A DNA stretch of 64,000 bases, taken from positions 19,530,001 through 19,594,000 of the forward strand of contig OX597829.1 of the NCBI GenBank assembly GCA_951406725.2, given 5' to 3'. The notes under the pieces were generated by a model. It ran no database searches and was not told where the DNA came from. It saw only the letters and a program-made list of their open reading frames with translations. Numbering within the stretch: the stretch's first letter is position 1; every line of letters starts with the position of its first letter. Positions 25,601 to 40,242 of this stretch are shown one piece after another. Position numbers and translations under genes: made by a program. The DNA is from Octopus vulgaris (Eukaryota).

Positions 25601-28600
25601 CTTAATATAACACTAAATTTGTCTCTATCATATTAACAAGTAGTATAGTTTCTTAACAAGGAATTCTCTATTGTTTGCATTTATCAAAAACTTCCTTTCT
25701 TGAATATTATCATGTAGAATCTTGGCCATTTCTGAACCAATTTGCTAAACATTAGTGCCTTCATTTTTTACAAAAACTAAGTTTGTCTCAACATATCCTT
25801 GTAACATACTGATATTGAAAATATTTAAGAGTTTAGTTTTTATCTGGAGGATTCCAGCCTCTTATTTGTGCCTTACTTTTTAAAGTTTTATAGTATCAAA
25901 TCAGTTGTTCTAAGATTTTGTTTCTGTTGCATAATAAACAACAGTTCACTTCAGCATTTACTTACAAAATAAAGCAATTATTTTTCTTGCTAGAAGATAA
26001 ATTAGTTAAAAACTGCTCAATTGTTACCTTGGTATGCAAGATAAAAAATTTTATAGTAATCATAAAACTTTAATCAGTTTTTAAAATAATTTTTCAAAAT
26101 TCATTGTCATTCACTCCTTTATCACTTTCTTTTTTTTTATCTACAGAAATTAGTTGAATTAGTTTTGGGGAGTGATCTTGTTAATGTAATTAAGTGGTTG
26201 GGCTGTGTTTACTAATTAAGACTTCAATTTAGACTAAAAAGAAAAGGCTTAAATGTTAAATCCCTGACACTGGGTTCTAATCAGCTATTTTCAAACTGTT
26301 CTCAAGATGACCTTCAGTTCTGGTTTTGAACATGGTCTAAAAATGAAAATAAAGACAATTGGGATATCTATAGTTCCCCAATTATTTTTCTGTATTTGCT
26401 AAAATGCTATCAAACTGATTATTTTTGTAATATTTTTCTAAATTAATTTCAATTTTGTAAGCAGTTAGAAGTATTGCAATTTTTGTATCTTACATGCAAT
26501 AATATATTTATAAACATTTCCATAATAAATTTTATACAAATGAAATTGCTGTGCACTTTTGTCATTTTTACAATTTCGATATTCTTGAATTGCCTGTAGT
26601 ATTGTACTAAATCTATAATTTTTAAACCTCATTTTTGTCTGTAGATGCTTCATTGGCATGCAATGGAGGGTTGTAAGCTAATAATTTATTTTCACTAAGT
26701 CAGCAGGACTCGTTACCAAATCGTGTATTGTACTCTTTTTCACTCATCCATAGAAATGAGTCGCGACATAGAGAGGGGAGGCTGGTATGCATGGGTGACC
26801 GCTGGTCTTCCATAAACAACCTTGCCTAGATTTGTGCCTCAGAGGGGAACTTTATAGGTGCAATCTCATGTTCATTCATGACCAAAGGGGATCTTTACCC
26901 TTTTTTAAGATATCTAGTAGATGTGTGATTTTGTTATATCACAATTGATTACAAGCTTTCTGATGTTAAATGCGACTTGCTGCAGAACATATGCCAGAGA
27001 TCTCAACTACAGAATACAGTATCTTTTTTTACCTTCTGACAATTATTTTAACTGTAGCAGTACTCATCTCATTCTCTGATCCCACTCTCCCTCCTCAAAA
27101 CTGATATTCACTGCAGCTACCCTGTTCTCCTATCTCTAATTATCTATCGCATACTTTCACTCTAGGGTACCTACCTACCCACCATCTACATTTTCTGTTC
27201 CTCAATCCTCTAACTGTCATATTCACCTTAGGGCACCTTTTCTGTTTGTCTCTCTTTCCAGCCAGAGAAGCCATTTATTCACCCTTTCAGTGGGACACCT
27301 CTTCCCGACCCTCTCATGCTTTCACATCCTTCAATACTTTATATCACTCAGTTGATGTCTTATGTTGCACATCACTTTGTAACATTGCTAGTACTACAAA
27401 TAAAAGCACCTACAGTGAAGTGGTTGATATAGATCTAACCAAAGAAAACCCATGCCATAGCAGACTTTAAAGCTGAATGCAGTCCTATGGCTTGTCTGAT
27501 CCTGTTGAACATCCAACCCCCATGCCAGGATAGAAGACTAGATGTTAAATAAAGAAGATATATTGTAATGAAATTTTGGCAGTTTCCATCTCACTTAACT
27601 TAACTCCCAGACTATTTATCAATCTGACGTTATAGTGCCATGCAAAGATACTGGATCCAGAACTACAAAGCAAACTTAACATGGACTGTAACAATCTTTT
27701 CTACTATATGAATAAGGTCTGAAATTTGGGGGCTAGTCGCATAGATTGACCCCAGTACTTAACTGGAATTTATATCACTGACACTGAAAGGCGAAATTGA
27801 CCTTAATGAGATTTGAACTCAATAATGTAGAGACAAAATGCCTACTTGGTATTTAAATATCTTTTAAGGGGAGATAATCAAACCAGTACAATAGCTATTT
27901 AGACGCCTGAAAGAGCAGGCATAATCGTAAGTATTCTAGCCACCTTCCTTTTCTAGTTTACACAGTACTACATCATCCAATGCATGTCTTATGTGAGACC
28001 GTAGGCTATTTTTAACAAGTCGCTCGACCAGTGTGACATGCAAAGATTGGTAGGGGAGATAATCTCACTATTTAGCTACAAGAAAATTTAGATTTTCCAA
28101 TGTACTTGTAATATAATTTAGTCTAATTACATTTTCTTAAACCGAAAACTTTAAAATCAGTCACTTTAGCATTGAACCCGAGGCATGCAAAACAAAACAT
28201 CACTACTAACATTCTTCAGTTTTAATTCCCATCACTGTATTTGGTGGGGGACTGGGTGCACTTGTACTTATAAAATATGGTGGTAGAAGTATTTAGTCCC
28301 AATACAGTGGATAACTTATAAAAATACTGTTTTCAAATTTTTCGCAAGGGCCAATTTCATGAACCCTAGTACTTCACTGGTACTTAATTTATCGACCCTG
28401 AAAAGATGAAAGGCAAGGCTGATCTTGACATAATTTGAAGTCAGAACATAGCTACCAGCAAAATACCACCAAGCACTTCATCCAGCATGCTAACAATTCT
28501 CCCAGCTAACTGCCTTATATAATATTAATAAAAATACAGAAAACTAATTCGTTTAACCTCAGAAGCAACCTTTCCATGTGATCTCCAAAGAGCAGTAAGT

Positions 28601-28924
28601 CAATTTCATACCCTGATTTAACTGTTTGTTATGTGTTTAACTAATGAAATAAGCTATGATTTCAACTTATCTGCATTTACATAATGCTTTGTCTCTTGGA
28701 CTTAATCTAAAAAGCTGAAAATATGTATTACTTAAAAATAGACATCCTCTTTTCAAACCCATGAATAACACAACTTTCAGCAAATGGTTGTTCTCAATTG
28801 TCTGTACAAAGAAAAATACTTTCAGAAATGTGGTTTTTTTTTTTTTTTTTTTGCTTTTTACTTCCCAGTTTTGAATCAAAAGCTAGAGAACACATTAAAA
28901 TGAATTCTGAAAGGAAAGATGAAA

Positions 28925-28989
28925 ATAACAATGTAAACACAAAAAGAAAGTGAAACGAAGTTTTGTGATAACAGTTTTTATTTTTTATT
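28925..28989 (-). terminator. Canonical polyadenylation site (minus strand)
   Basis: Two AATAAA hexamers (28989-28984, 28982-28977), CA dinucleotides at ~28967-28964, then the U/GU-rich tract ttcgtttcactttctttttgtgtttac. Confidence 0.55.
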
Positions 28990-29959
28990 TAATTCTTTCA
29001 TAAGAAAGGAGATTGAGTGAATTTCCGATGCTTCGAAGAAAATTATGCTTCTGTTTGATGATTGAATCTTAATGTGGAATGAAAATTTTCTGCACAAAAT
29101 GGAGCAGGGAATATGATTTCCAATAAGCCTGATAATTTCAGTTTATGGAAGTAGCAGCTAAATTCTAATATCAAAGGAGATTGATGAAAAACACCAAAAA
29201 TCTCCGTTTTGATGAAAACTAAAACACTATGGGTGTTTTTGTTTAGAGAGATTTGTAAGTTTGATGTTTCAAAGGGGGATAGAAGAACAATTTTAGTAGA
29301 CAAGATACACTCAAAAGGCAAGTTCCATCATGGTATGTGTGCGAACTGCCATAATCAAAGACTTGTCAGTGTCAATAGCAATTGAAAGAGAAACAAATAC
29401 CCCAAAATGGAATAATGGGAATGGTAGTGATAGAGGAACTACTTTTCATTAGTATTAGTAGAAAAATGACATGGAATTGTCAACCCATAAATATGGAAGG
29501 GAAGAATCAGCAGAACCACAAGGAATCTTTGATGCTACAAGATCATTCATAGTAAAGCAAAAACAGAAAAGGAAACTTTCAAAGGAACTGAAGGACACAG
29601 CTGCAAAATTAGAGACATCAATGGAACTAGTCTCCAAATGGCAATAGCTAACACACTAAAACGAACTGATGATAAGATATAGGATTCCTGACAGAAACTA
29701 TGGTAAAGAAGGTTATGACAGATGTTACAGATATAACTTTTGAGCCATGAAAATCAAGCAGCATAGAGGATAGGTTATTAAAGCGTGAAATCTATTTCAG
29801 GTTTCGAAATGTATTTAACAGGGAACTGACCCCAAAACAGAAAGAAAATTTCAGGAATGATAATTGATCCCAAGATATCTTTTTTTTATATACCAGCAGA
29901 AAGCAAAGTGATAGCCAAAGATCTCTGATAAATAACATTTCCAAGCAAACAAGCAGTTA

Positions 29960-31900
29960 TATTTGCCAGGAGACAAACTCCAAATAGCAACAGAAGAGAT
30001 TGAAACAGAAACGGGATGTATCAGGGAACATCCAGAAAGCAAGAATAGGATGATTGAGAAAAATAGTATGAGTAAAAGTACCAGGGGAACACCCCAAATA
30101 GCAACAGCAAATATATAGTGCTGCATCAGAACATCCGTATTTGGCAAAAGAAAAATGATTAGGATACATTACCAAAAGACAATAAGAAAGGCAGCCACCG
30201 GTAATTTTGCCAGGGATATCCCCAAATGGCATAACTAAAAACATTGCCAGGGAATATTCCCAAATGGCAATATAAATACCATCATTAAATTTCAAAATAA
30301 CAGAAACACTGCCAGGGGAGATATCCCCAAATGGCAATACAAAAACAATGAGACAACCTCCACCGGTAATAGAACAAAATATGAGAAAGGTATTGTACTA
30401 GGAATATCCTCAATGGGAAATATTACCAGGGAATGACCTCAAATGTTACCAAGAAAAAAATGGCAACTGAATCAAAATCTGGGTATATGGCCTGATAATA
30501 AATCCCAAGGTAGGGTTTTAAAACACTATGAGAGAATATTTTATTATATATAGTAAAATATAAAACATATTTTACTATATGTGTATGGCAAGAAAAAGAA
30601 AAATAGATAAGCAAGAAAGCCAGGGGACATCTCCATATAGCAAGAGAAATAAAATAGTATCTAAGGACAGATATCTCTAAATGTAAGACAAATAGATAGT
30701 AGTTGAGAGAAATATATAGCACCAGAGGACAGACATCCTCAAGTAGTAAGACAAAGAAAAAGAGGTAAGAAAAATATAATAGCACTTAGGAAGATATCCT
30801 CACACAGCAAGATAAATCGAAGGAAGAGAAACTATATAGTGCCAGGAGATGGAGACAAATAGATAGAAGAAAGAGAAATATATATGATGCCAGGGGACAG
30901 CTATCTCCCAAATGGCAAATCAAATAGATAGAAGAGAAATACATGCCAGGGAACTTAGTCCCAAATGGCAATGTAGAGATGAGAAGAATAAAATAGCATT
31001 TAAGAACAGATATCTCCAAATGGCAGTTAAATAGAGGTAAGAGAAATATTCAGTACCAAGGGACAGATATCCCTATATTGCAATATTGATAAATAGATAT
31101 CAGAGAAATAAAATAATGCCAGGGGTTTAGATGTTTTCATATGGTAAGTTTAATAGAGGTAAGAGAAAATAAAAAGGGCCAGGGAACTGATATTCCCATA
31201 TGGCAAGGGTGAGTGCCAGGGGACATCCCCATATGGCAAGAGAAGTAAGTAGTTGCAGGGGTTACACCCCCATGGCAGGAAAATTAGATGCAAGTAAGGA
31301 CAAAAATAATTAGCACAAGGGTATAAATGTACCCAAGTAGCAAGAGAAATAAACAGTGTCAAGGGTCATACCCATATGGCACAAGAAGCAGATATAGATA
31401 GAAGTATAATACATACACACAAATATAGTGCCAGGAAACAGATGTTCCAAAATGGCAAGCTGAAGGAAAAGTGATAAGAAATAGACATGAGCAAGAGAAA
31501 TAAGTAGTGCCAGGGGTTATACCCAAATGGCAAGAGAAATAGGTATAGTTATGGTTTAATGCTATTTTTTAGCACCAGGGGACAGATAGCCCCAAATGGC
31601 AAGAGAAATAAAGAGTGCCAGGAGACATCCCCAAATGGCAAGAGAAATATGTGTATAGCCAGGGAACAATACTAACTGGCCAGAAATAAGCAGCATATTT
31701 TAGCAAGAAATATATTTATGGCACTAGAGTATCTGTCAAGATATCTCTAAATGGAAGAAATACAGATAACCCCAGAGGATATATATATATATGGCAACAA
31801 AAGTAGTATCAAAGGATGCCAAATGAGAAGGGAAATAGCACCAGGGGACATTCCCAAATAGCAAAATATATAGTGCCAAGGAACATTCCCAAATGGTAAA
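29960..31900 (-). repeat. Array of ~30 degenerate bulged stem-loop units with variable pyrimidine-rich linkers
   Basis: Plus-strand consensus GCCA-GGGG(A)-loop-(T)CCCC-AAA-TGGC-AAGAGAAAT. Clear copies start at 29965, 30080, 30209, 30246, 30311, 30619, 30721, 30889, 30945, 31055, 31178, 31215, 31430, 31509, 31574, 31617, 31840 and 31875. Confidence 0.9.
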
Positions 31901-33633
31901 AGTAATGAACAATAATAATATTTCAATATTAGTAAAAAAAATATTTTAAACAAATTATAAAATAACCATAAAGAAAAATAAGGAGAATGATGTTGCATAT
32001 AAATGATTTCAAATAGAACTCTCCAAAAATGATCATAATAAGAGTTAAAATTTTAAACTAAGGATGGGAAACAAAAAAAATATTGCTTCTAAAATTGCTT
32101 AGTAATTCAGTATGAGAAAATTATACTGCCAGAATTTAAGAAGCATGAGATCCAAATTAACTATAAAAATGAGAGAATTATGCAAGATATTTACATTTTC
32201 ATGATATGATGAAATGATGATTGTTGTTTTTTTCCCCCCACAGCTGTATTTTGTAATGTCTCAAACATTCAAAAACGCTGACAATTTCTTTTTTTTTTTG
32301 TCAGAAATGATGTAGATAATTTGATGAAAACCGAAAAATGTTGCATTTCAAGAAAAAAAGTTCAATACAAAATAGAATAAATAAATAAATAAATAATACA
32401 ATGTTAATAAATTTTTCAAAAAATAAAATAAAAATAATTAAATGCGCATTTAATTAAATATTAAACAGGACATAATAATAATTTGAAGTACACCAGTAAA
32501 AAATGTATTCTGACCATAAAAAAAAGGAAAGTAATAAAAATATACAATCCAACAATAAAAAATATTTCAAATACTTTTTTTAAAAAAAAAAGGCCTTTTT
32601 TTTTTTACCCCCTCCAAAAATAAAAACATTGTTAATTATAATGTTTAAAAAAAAAAGTTTTGTATTTCACAAAAATTCTTGATTTTAAAATGAACTTTTC
32701 GGTACGTTTTCAGTTGTATTCGGACTTTGGTAAAGGAAAAAAATCTACATCAGAATTGTCAAATTCACAGAATGTGTTCTCTAATCAGGTGAAAATTAAT
32801 TGCAACAATGTTAGAATACAGCAAACAGGTCATTTTAATATCTCAGTGCAAAAGATTATGGTATAACTTGAGTGTATAGAAGGAAAATACATCATTTTCT
32901 TTTTCATTTAATTTTCTAGAATCTCAAGAAGTATTTCTGGCAGTATGTTGTGAAATATAGGTTTTTGCTGACACAAGACCAGAAATCTCAAGGGAGGATA
33001 GAGCTGATTATAAATTGATCTCAATACTTGATTGGTACATATTTTTACTGAAACCTGAAGAATGAAAGACAATGTCGACCTCAATAGGATATGAACTCAG
33101 AATGTAAAGAGCCTTAACATAAACACCACAAAGCATTTCGTCCAACTCTTTAACAATTCTGCCAATCCCAGTATTAACAGTATTAAAGAGGTGTGGAAAA
33201 AATGAAACTCAAAAAGATAGGATTGGTTTGATGAGGAAAGGAAAGGAAAACCGGCTTTTAATGGAGGTTGCTCAGAATGACATGATGAAATAACAAAAAT
33301 GGAAAGGAAAAAAAAGTATAACATTAAAATATTTCAATGCTATACTTTTTTTTGTTGTTGTTATTCAATTTTAATTCAAAATGAATTTAGATGTAACATT
33401 GTAACTTTAACATCCAAAGCTACTTAATGTAGTACATAAAGTTACTATGTTACAAGATGGGTATACGCACAGAAATGGTTGTTGAGAAAAGAAGCTCAAC
33501 GATATGCATCACAATACAACACCTTGGGCAAGTGCATTCTATCATAACTTTGAATTGGCCAATGCCTAGAGAGCCAAATTTAGTTGGAAACCAAATCTGC
33601 TGATGTATATAATGTAACAATTATGTGGAATAT

Positions 33634-33771
33634 CACTAGCGTAGCTACATGGGATGGAGGGGACGTTTACCCCAGGTGGCACCACTTTTGGGCTTGCAGT
33701 AAGCAATATGCATGGGGGGGCACAAACTAAAGGGTCACCCCAGGGTGGCACACACTCTGGCTATGCTACTG
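33634..33771. mobile_element. Small GC-rich MITE
   Basis: Imperfect TIRs cactagcgtagc / gctatgctactg. Confidence 0.5.
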
Positions 33772-33825
33772 GAGTATATATATACATATATACATATATA
33801 AAGCAAATAAGTAATATATATATAC

Positions 33826-33903
<78 letters not shown>

Positions 33904-36900
33904 TTTTACTTGTTTCAGTCATCTGACTGCGGCCATGCTGGAGCACTGCCTTAAAGAGTTTTTTTTCAGTCGAATAACTCGACCCCCAGGCCTTATTCTT
34001 TGTAAGCCCAGTACTTATTTTATCGGTTTCTTTTGCCGAACCGCTAAGTTACGGAAACATTGGTTGTCAAGCAATGGTGTGGGATATATATATATGTTTG
34101 TATGTATGAATGTATGGGTATACAAGTGCATGTGTATATATGTGTGTGCATGTGTATATGTGTGTGCATGCATGTGTATATGTGTGTGCATGCATGTGTA
34201 TGCATGTATATATGTGTGTATGCATGCATATGTAGATGTGTGTATTGTATGTGTATACATGTATATGTGTATATATGTAGGTATGTGTGTACTGTATGTG
34301 TATGCATGTATGCATATATATTTATAAATATAAATTTATGCTTATATGCCTACAACTTATGTGGACATTGGCAAGAAAACAGATAAACAAGTAAATTTCA
34401 TACAACAAACACCGTGTGGTATTTGTTCTGCCAAGTTGCTCAGATGCTCCCTTGACACTCTTGCCATACAGTGAACTATTGTTTGGCTCATTGGAAGCTT
34501 GGATTCAATGACACAGTTGTTCACAAATTTCAATAAATAAACATACAAGCAAGACAAAGAAAATTATCTAAGAAGGCCTAACATTTCCTATTCTTCTTCA
34601 AGTCAAGAAGTGTCCACATAAGATGTTAAACAAGATGTTTAGGCATATCTGCTAATATTGTTCTAACAATTGACCTATTATGGCATATGATTCTGCCATA
34701 GTAATTCTTAAAACAGGTGAAAGTATATATAATACCCTCTCTCACACATTACAGTTACTGTAACAGAAAGTTATACTTTAGATATTTAGATTATTTAACA
34801 ATACTACTTCTATTAAGGGACTATAACTATGAAATCTGATGTATCTACAAATCAAAGAAATACTATTTAATAACATAATATTTATACTATAACTAACCAA
34901 AAAGTATCTTTTCACACAGAATGGTCAACTTAAATGAAAATATAGCAATAAATTGAGGTTTTTATATCTAACACTTCCTTCTAAATATGCAACTTAAGTC
35001 TAAAGAGATAAACTATTAGTTGTTAACTCGTACATAAAGTAGCTATGTTTTTAGTAAACTAATTGTAAATTATTCTAATCTAAATATTAATCTGCAATCC
35101 TTTCTTTCTTCTTCTAATGACTAAGAATAATTTCTTTCCAGTCTCATCTAAATGTTTCACACTGCACAGCATCACATTTTCAATCGACTTGTTTCAGTCT
35201 TCTGAAAGTATACAGAGAGAACTTTAGAAATTGACCCACGATTTGACCACATTAAAAAAAAAAAAAAAATTTTTAATTAAAAAAAAAAATCTCTTATTGT
35301 AACTTAGTGAAGATACTGATTGTATTTACCAAATTTGTAATGAAAATAGCATTTGAAATAGCTATTTAAATTAAATATATGTTGATGAAGTGAACTTTAA
35401 TAAAATGTTTATATAGTTATTAACTAAAATAATTATAATAATAATAATAATCAGAATATACTCCCTGATACCATACGCTTCTATTGTCATCTGGTTCTGG
35501 TTTGCAAATTCTGGAACCCACCCATGCTTTCTTCAGAAAAACACGTGAAAACTAATTTGAATCAATATGTGAAAACACATATCTGTAAAGAGACAAAAAT
35601 AATGTTATACCTCATCCAAGACTATTTTTAAATTAAATCCTGAAAAAGAATAATCCTGAAAGAGAATTTTGTCAGAATTATTGTGTGTATGCATATTTGT
35701 TTTGTTGTATTTTTTTTTTGTAATTTTTTTTAAATTTTTTTTTTTAAGCTAAAATAAAAGAATTTTCTGATTAGTATTCATTTTAAAGGATATAGTCGCC
35801 CGGACGGTAATGTTCAGGCGTTCCCAACTCCTTAAAAAAGGAAATAGAAATCTCAAACGAAAATATGCCAATAATTAATTCCATTATTTGAAATTAGAAT
35901 ATTGACAAATTTACCAATAAAAGATTCCATTTTATTACTCCTGATAAACTGGTACTCCAAATAGGTGGCATCCGTTATATTTGGCATATAAAAACATAGG
36001 AATTTTTTTAACAGGGGGCATGGGGCAGTCTGCAGCATAATTTTTGAAGTACCAGTTGTTACCTGAAAACAAACAAAAAAAAAATTGTTTAAAATTTTAT
36101 TGATCAATGAACTTCAACATATAAATTACTTGTTAATGTTTCAATGAAATATAAAATAAACTCATAATATAATACAATTAATAAGGATATATTCTGTCCA
36201 AAATTTACAAAATATGAAGGATAAAATTGACCAAAAAATCTAATTTCATTTTTCAGGTTCAGATTTAAAGTTAATCAGTAAAATTATAAATACTTTTATC
36301 AGATTAAGGGAGGCAACTACTTACATGTTTGAAGGCAAAACAAAAATTACATCTTCAAAATATTAAATTACAGAGGATATCAAAACTCATTGCGTTGTAC
36401 GTTAAAAGGAAACTTTACCCTCCTGGTAATTTTGGTGATGTTTTATACTAGAGGGATCAGGGAGGGCACAACCAAGGATTTTTAAAAACATATTCGAGGG
36501 ATTTAGCTACATAGTTTTATGAAACTGGTTTGGACTTGTTGAAGGAGAATAAGTTATATCTCCATTAAAAGCTGTCTTCGTTCGCAGGGAAAAGACTAAG
36601 TATATAGAGATTTGCTACATTTGTTTCGCTATTTTTATACTATATTATTTCTTTTAAACAGGTTTATAAGTTACAAAAAATAAAACACCTGTTTTGTTTT
36701 ATTTCTGATAATGTAATGGAACTGTTTTAAAATTGAAAAATATTCGAACAGATTAACAAGGGGTAGGAGGAAATACCCCAGAACACACTCTCCATGCAAA
36801 CTAAATCGTAACGCTGGTGGTAAAATAATTATTGAGACAAGAAATTTTTATTATTCGAAATTTAATTCATGGTGAAGGGAAAGAATCAATCTTTGATTCA

Positions 36901-37399
36901 AGACAGATAAGGGGGACAACTTTAAATTTTTTTTAAAACTCTCCAGAATCCGTATCAACGAAATAATAAAAAACGTTAATTAAAACATGAGGGCATAAAG
37001 GGAGTTAATTAGCACACGGTCACGACCTGTCGTAATGATTCTATTACCAAGTGGTGTCTCTAAGCCTTGAATGATTTTCTAAGAGACAAATGTAAAGATT
37101 CCTTAATTTGCAGAGCTGAGTAAATGCAAGCAAAATTAAATCAAAATACAAGTTTCACAAAAATAATTTGATGATCATGATGTCTTAGATAAAAACATCG
37201 TTACTGGCAAGTGGAATTCACAAGGCCAAAAGCAGAGCAGGCATTGACTGCGTTGAGAGCAGAAAAGGGACTATTGGCTGTTTTGTATTGCTCTCAAGTG
37301 ACATTCTAACAGTTTCTTTTTCTTTTTTTTCAGATTTTCACTTGGTATTGTGAAAGAATTGTGCACCATCACTAATCAATCTACAACATGACACATGCA

Positions 37400-39080
<1,681 letters not shown>

Positions 39081-39122
39081 GTGAGAAAGTTGGTGTGTGA
39101 AAGCACGTGGTTGAATATATAG

Positions 39123-39939
39123 AAAATAGTAAAAAGTGAAAAAACTACAGAAGGCTTGTTTTAAAAGGTTAAAAATATATATATTTGAGTCATTATGTCA
39201 GAAGGATGTTATAAATTTTTTTCCTACAATGACATAGTTTTTGAAGAAATGACCGGTTTCACATTCAGCTTTTCAAAGTTCTTACATCGTTTTGTTTTCG
39301 TTGAGAAGTGTAAAGGAGAGTTCCAGGTAAGGGGAGGTAATAAGTGATTTCTTCCGGTGTAAGGGAGATAAGCGCTTAATATTTCTTGCCTTTTTTGGGG
39401 GGTGAGTTTCTCTGTATAAGAATGCTGGAGTGGTTAAGTTTGGGCGTATATTTTTCAATGAAGAATGTTTCCTTGTTTAGTCTAATTTGTGTTGGTGTTC
39501 CGATAGCACATTGGTAAAATGGAAAGATTAAAAATTGTGGTAGTAGTTGCTTTGCGCATTTCTCAATGTGTTCACTAAAGGGTATCATTCCGTATTCTGG
39601 GAATGCAATCTGTTGTCGATGCAGTGTGCATCTACGTCTGAGTGATAGTCCCGTGGTCCCCACGTAATTTTGGTGGCAGCCCAAGCATCTTATGATATAA
39701 ATTGTTATCAGAGGCACAAGTAAAATTAGATTTGATCTTGAATTTCTGTCCCTCTTTACACTTCTCAACGAAAACATAACGATGTAAGAAATTTGAAAAG
39801 AAGAACACGAAACCGGTCATTTCTTCAAAAACTATGTCATTGTATGAAAAAAATTTATAACATTCTTCTGACATAATAACTCAAATATATATTTTTTAAC
39901 CTTTTAAAACAAGCCTTCTGTAGTTTTTTCACTTTTTAC

Positions 39940-39945
<6 letters not shown>
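39123..39945 (-). mobile_element. 5'-truncated Penelope-like retroelement: GIY-YIG endonuclease remnant between inverted pseudo-LTRs
   Basis: Minus strand reads FKIKSNFTCASD/(frameshift)/IYIIRCLGCHQNYVGTTGLSLRRRCTLHRQQI...HIEKC...RLNKETFFIEKYTPKLN, which has the GIY-YIG motifs plus conserved R, E and N. Inverted repeats of ~192 bp at 39123-39315 and 39754-39945. Confidence 0.85.
39786..39825 (+). ncRNA. Minimal type I hammerhead ribozyme-like motif (U3-A8 variant); second copy at 39244-39283 on the minus strand
   Basis: AAGAAAT-TTGAAAA-G(aagaaca)C-GAAA-CCGG-TC-ATTTCTT: 7-bp stem I, core, minimal stem II, palindromic helix III loop, GUC cleavage triplet. Confidence 0.6.
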
Positions 39946-39984
<39 letters not shown>

Positions 39985-39986
<2 letters not shown>

Positions 39987-40208
39987 GGCTGCCCCCTATT
40001 TATCGAGTATGGCCATTGCACGAAGCTTAACTGTTACTGGTGCTGTGATTAAAAGTGACTTTTCAGCCCAGCTAAAGATCTACAATGTCTTGTACAAAAT
40101 TGGCAACTAAGACCTTTAGCCGGCTGTAGTTGTAACTGGGCTTCATGTACCTTTGCATGTCGTTTAAGTCCTCCTGCCGAATTACACTCTCTTCCACATG
40201 CCCGGCAG
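39985..40208 (-). mobile_element. 3' end fragment of an RTE-like LINE with two C2H2-type zinc fingers
   Basis: CRACGRECNSAGGLKRHAKVH...CQFCTRHCRSLAGLKSHF*, then a short UTR running into (TA)n; both ends embedded in microsatellite. Confidence 0.55.

Positions 40209-40242
<34 letters not shown>

Noticed and set aside
29470-29650. Plus-strand purine-rich mini-ORF (MELSTHKYGREES...)
   Set aside because: Under 60 aa, no recognisable homology or splice context, and it overlaps degenerate hairpin units; explained by strand compositional skew.
29960-31900. CRISPR array (palindromic repeats with unique spacers)
   Set aside because: Eukaryotic context, no cas genes, repeats too divergent, and the spacers vary in length, are low-complexity and resemble each other.
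35853-36107. Protein-coding interpretation of the minus-strand exon
   Set aside because: No recognisable domain in any frame; the candidate upstream exon supplies no ATG and the spliced ORF is only ~57 aa. Not fully excluded if other upstream exons exist.
40049-40208. Exon of a C2H2 zinc-finger gene (a family expanded in octopus)
   Set aside because: No TGEKP linker, no acceptor, flanked by microsatellites, and it ends like a LINE 3' terminus.
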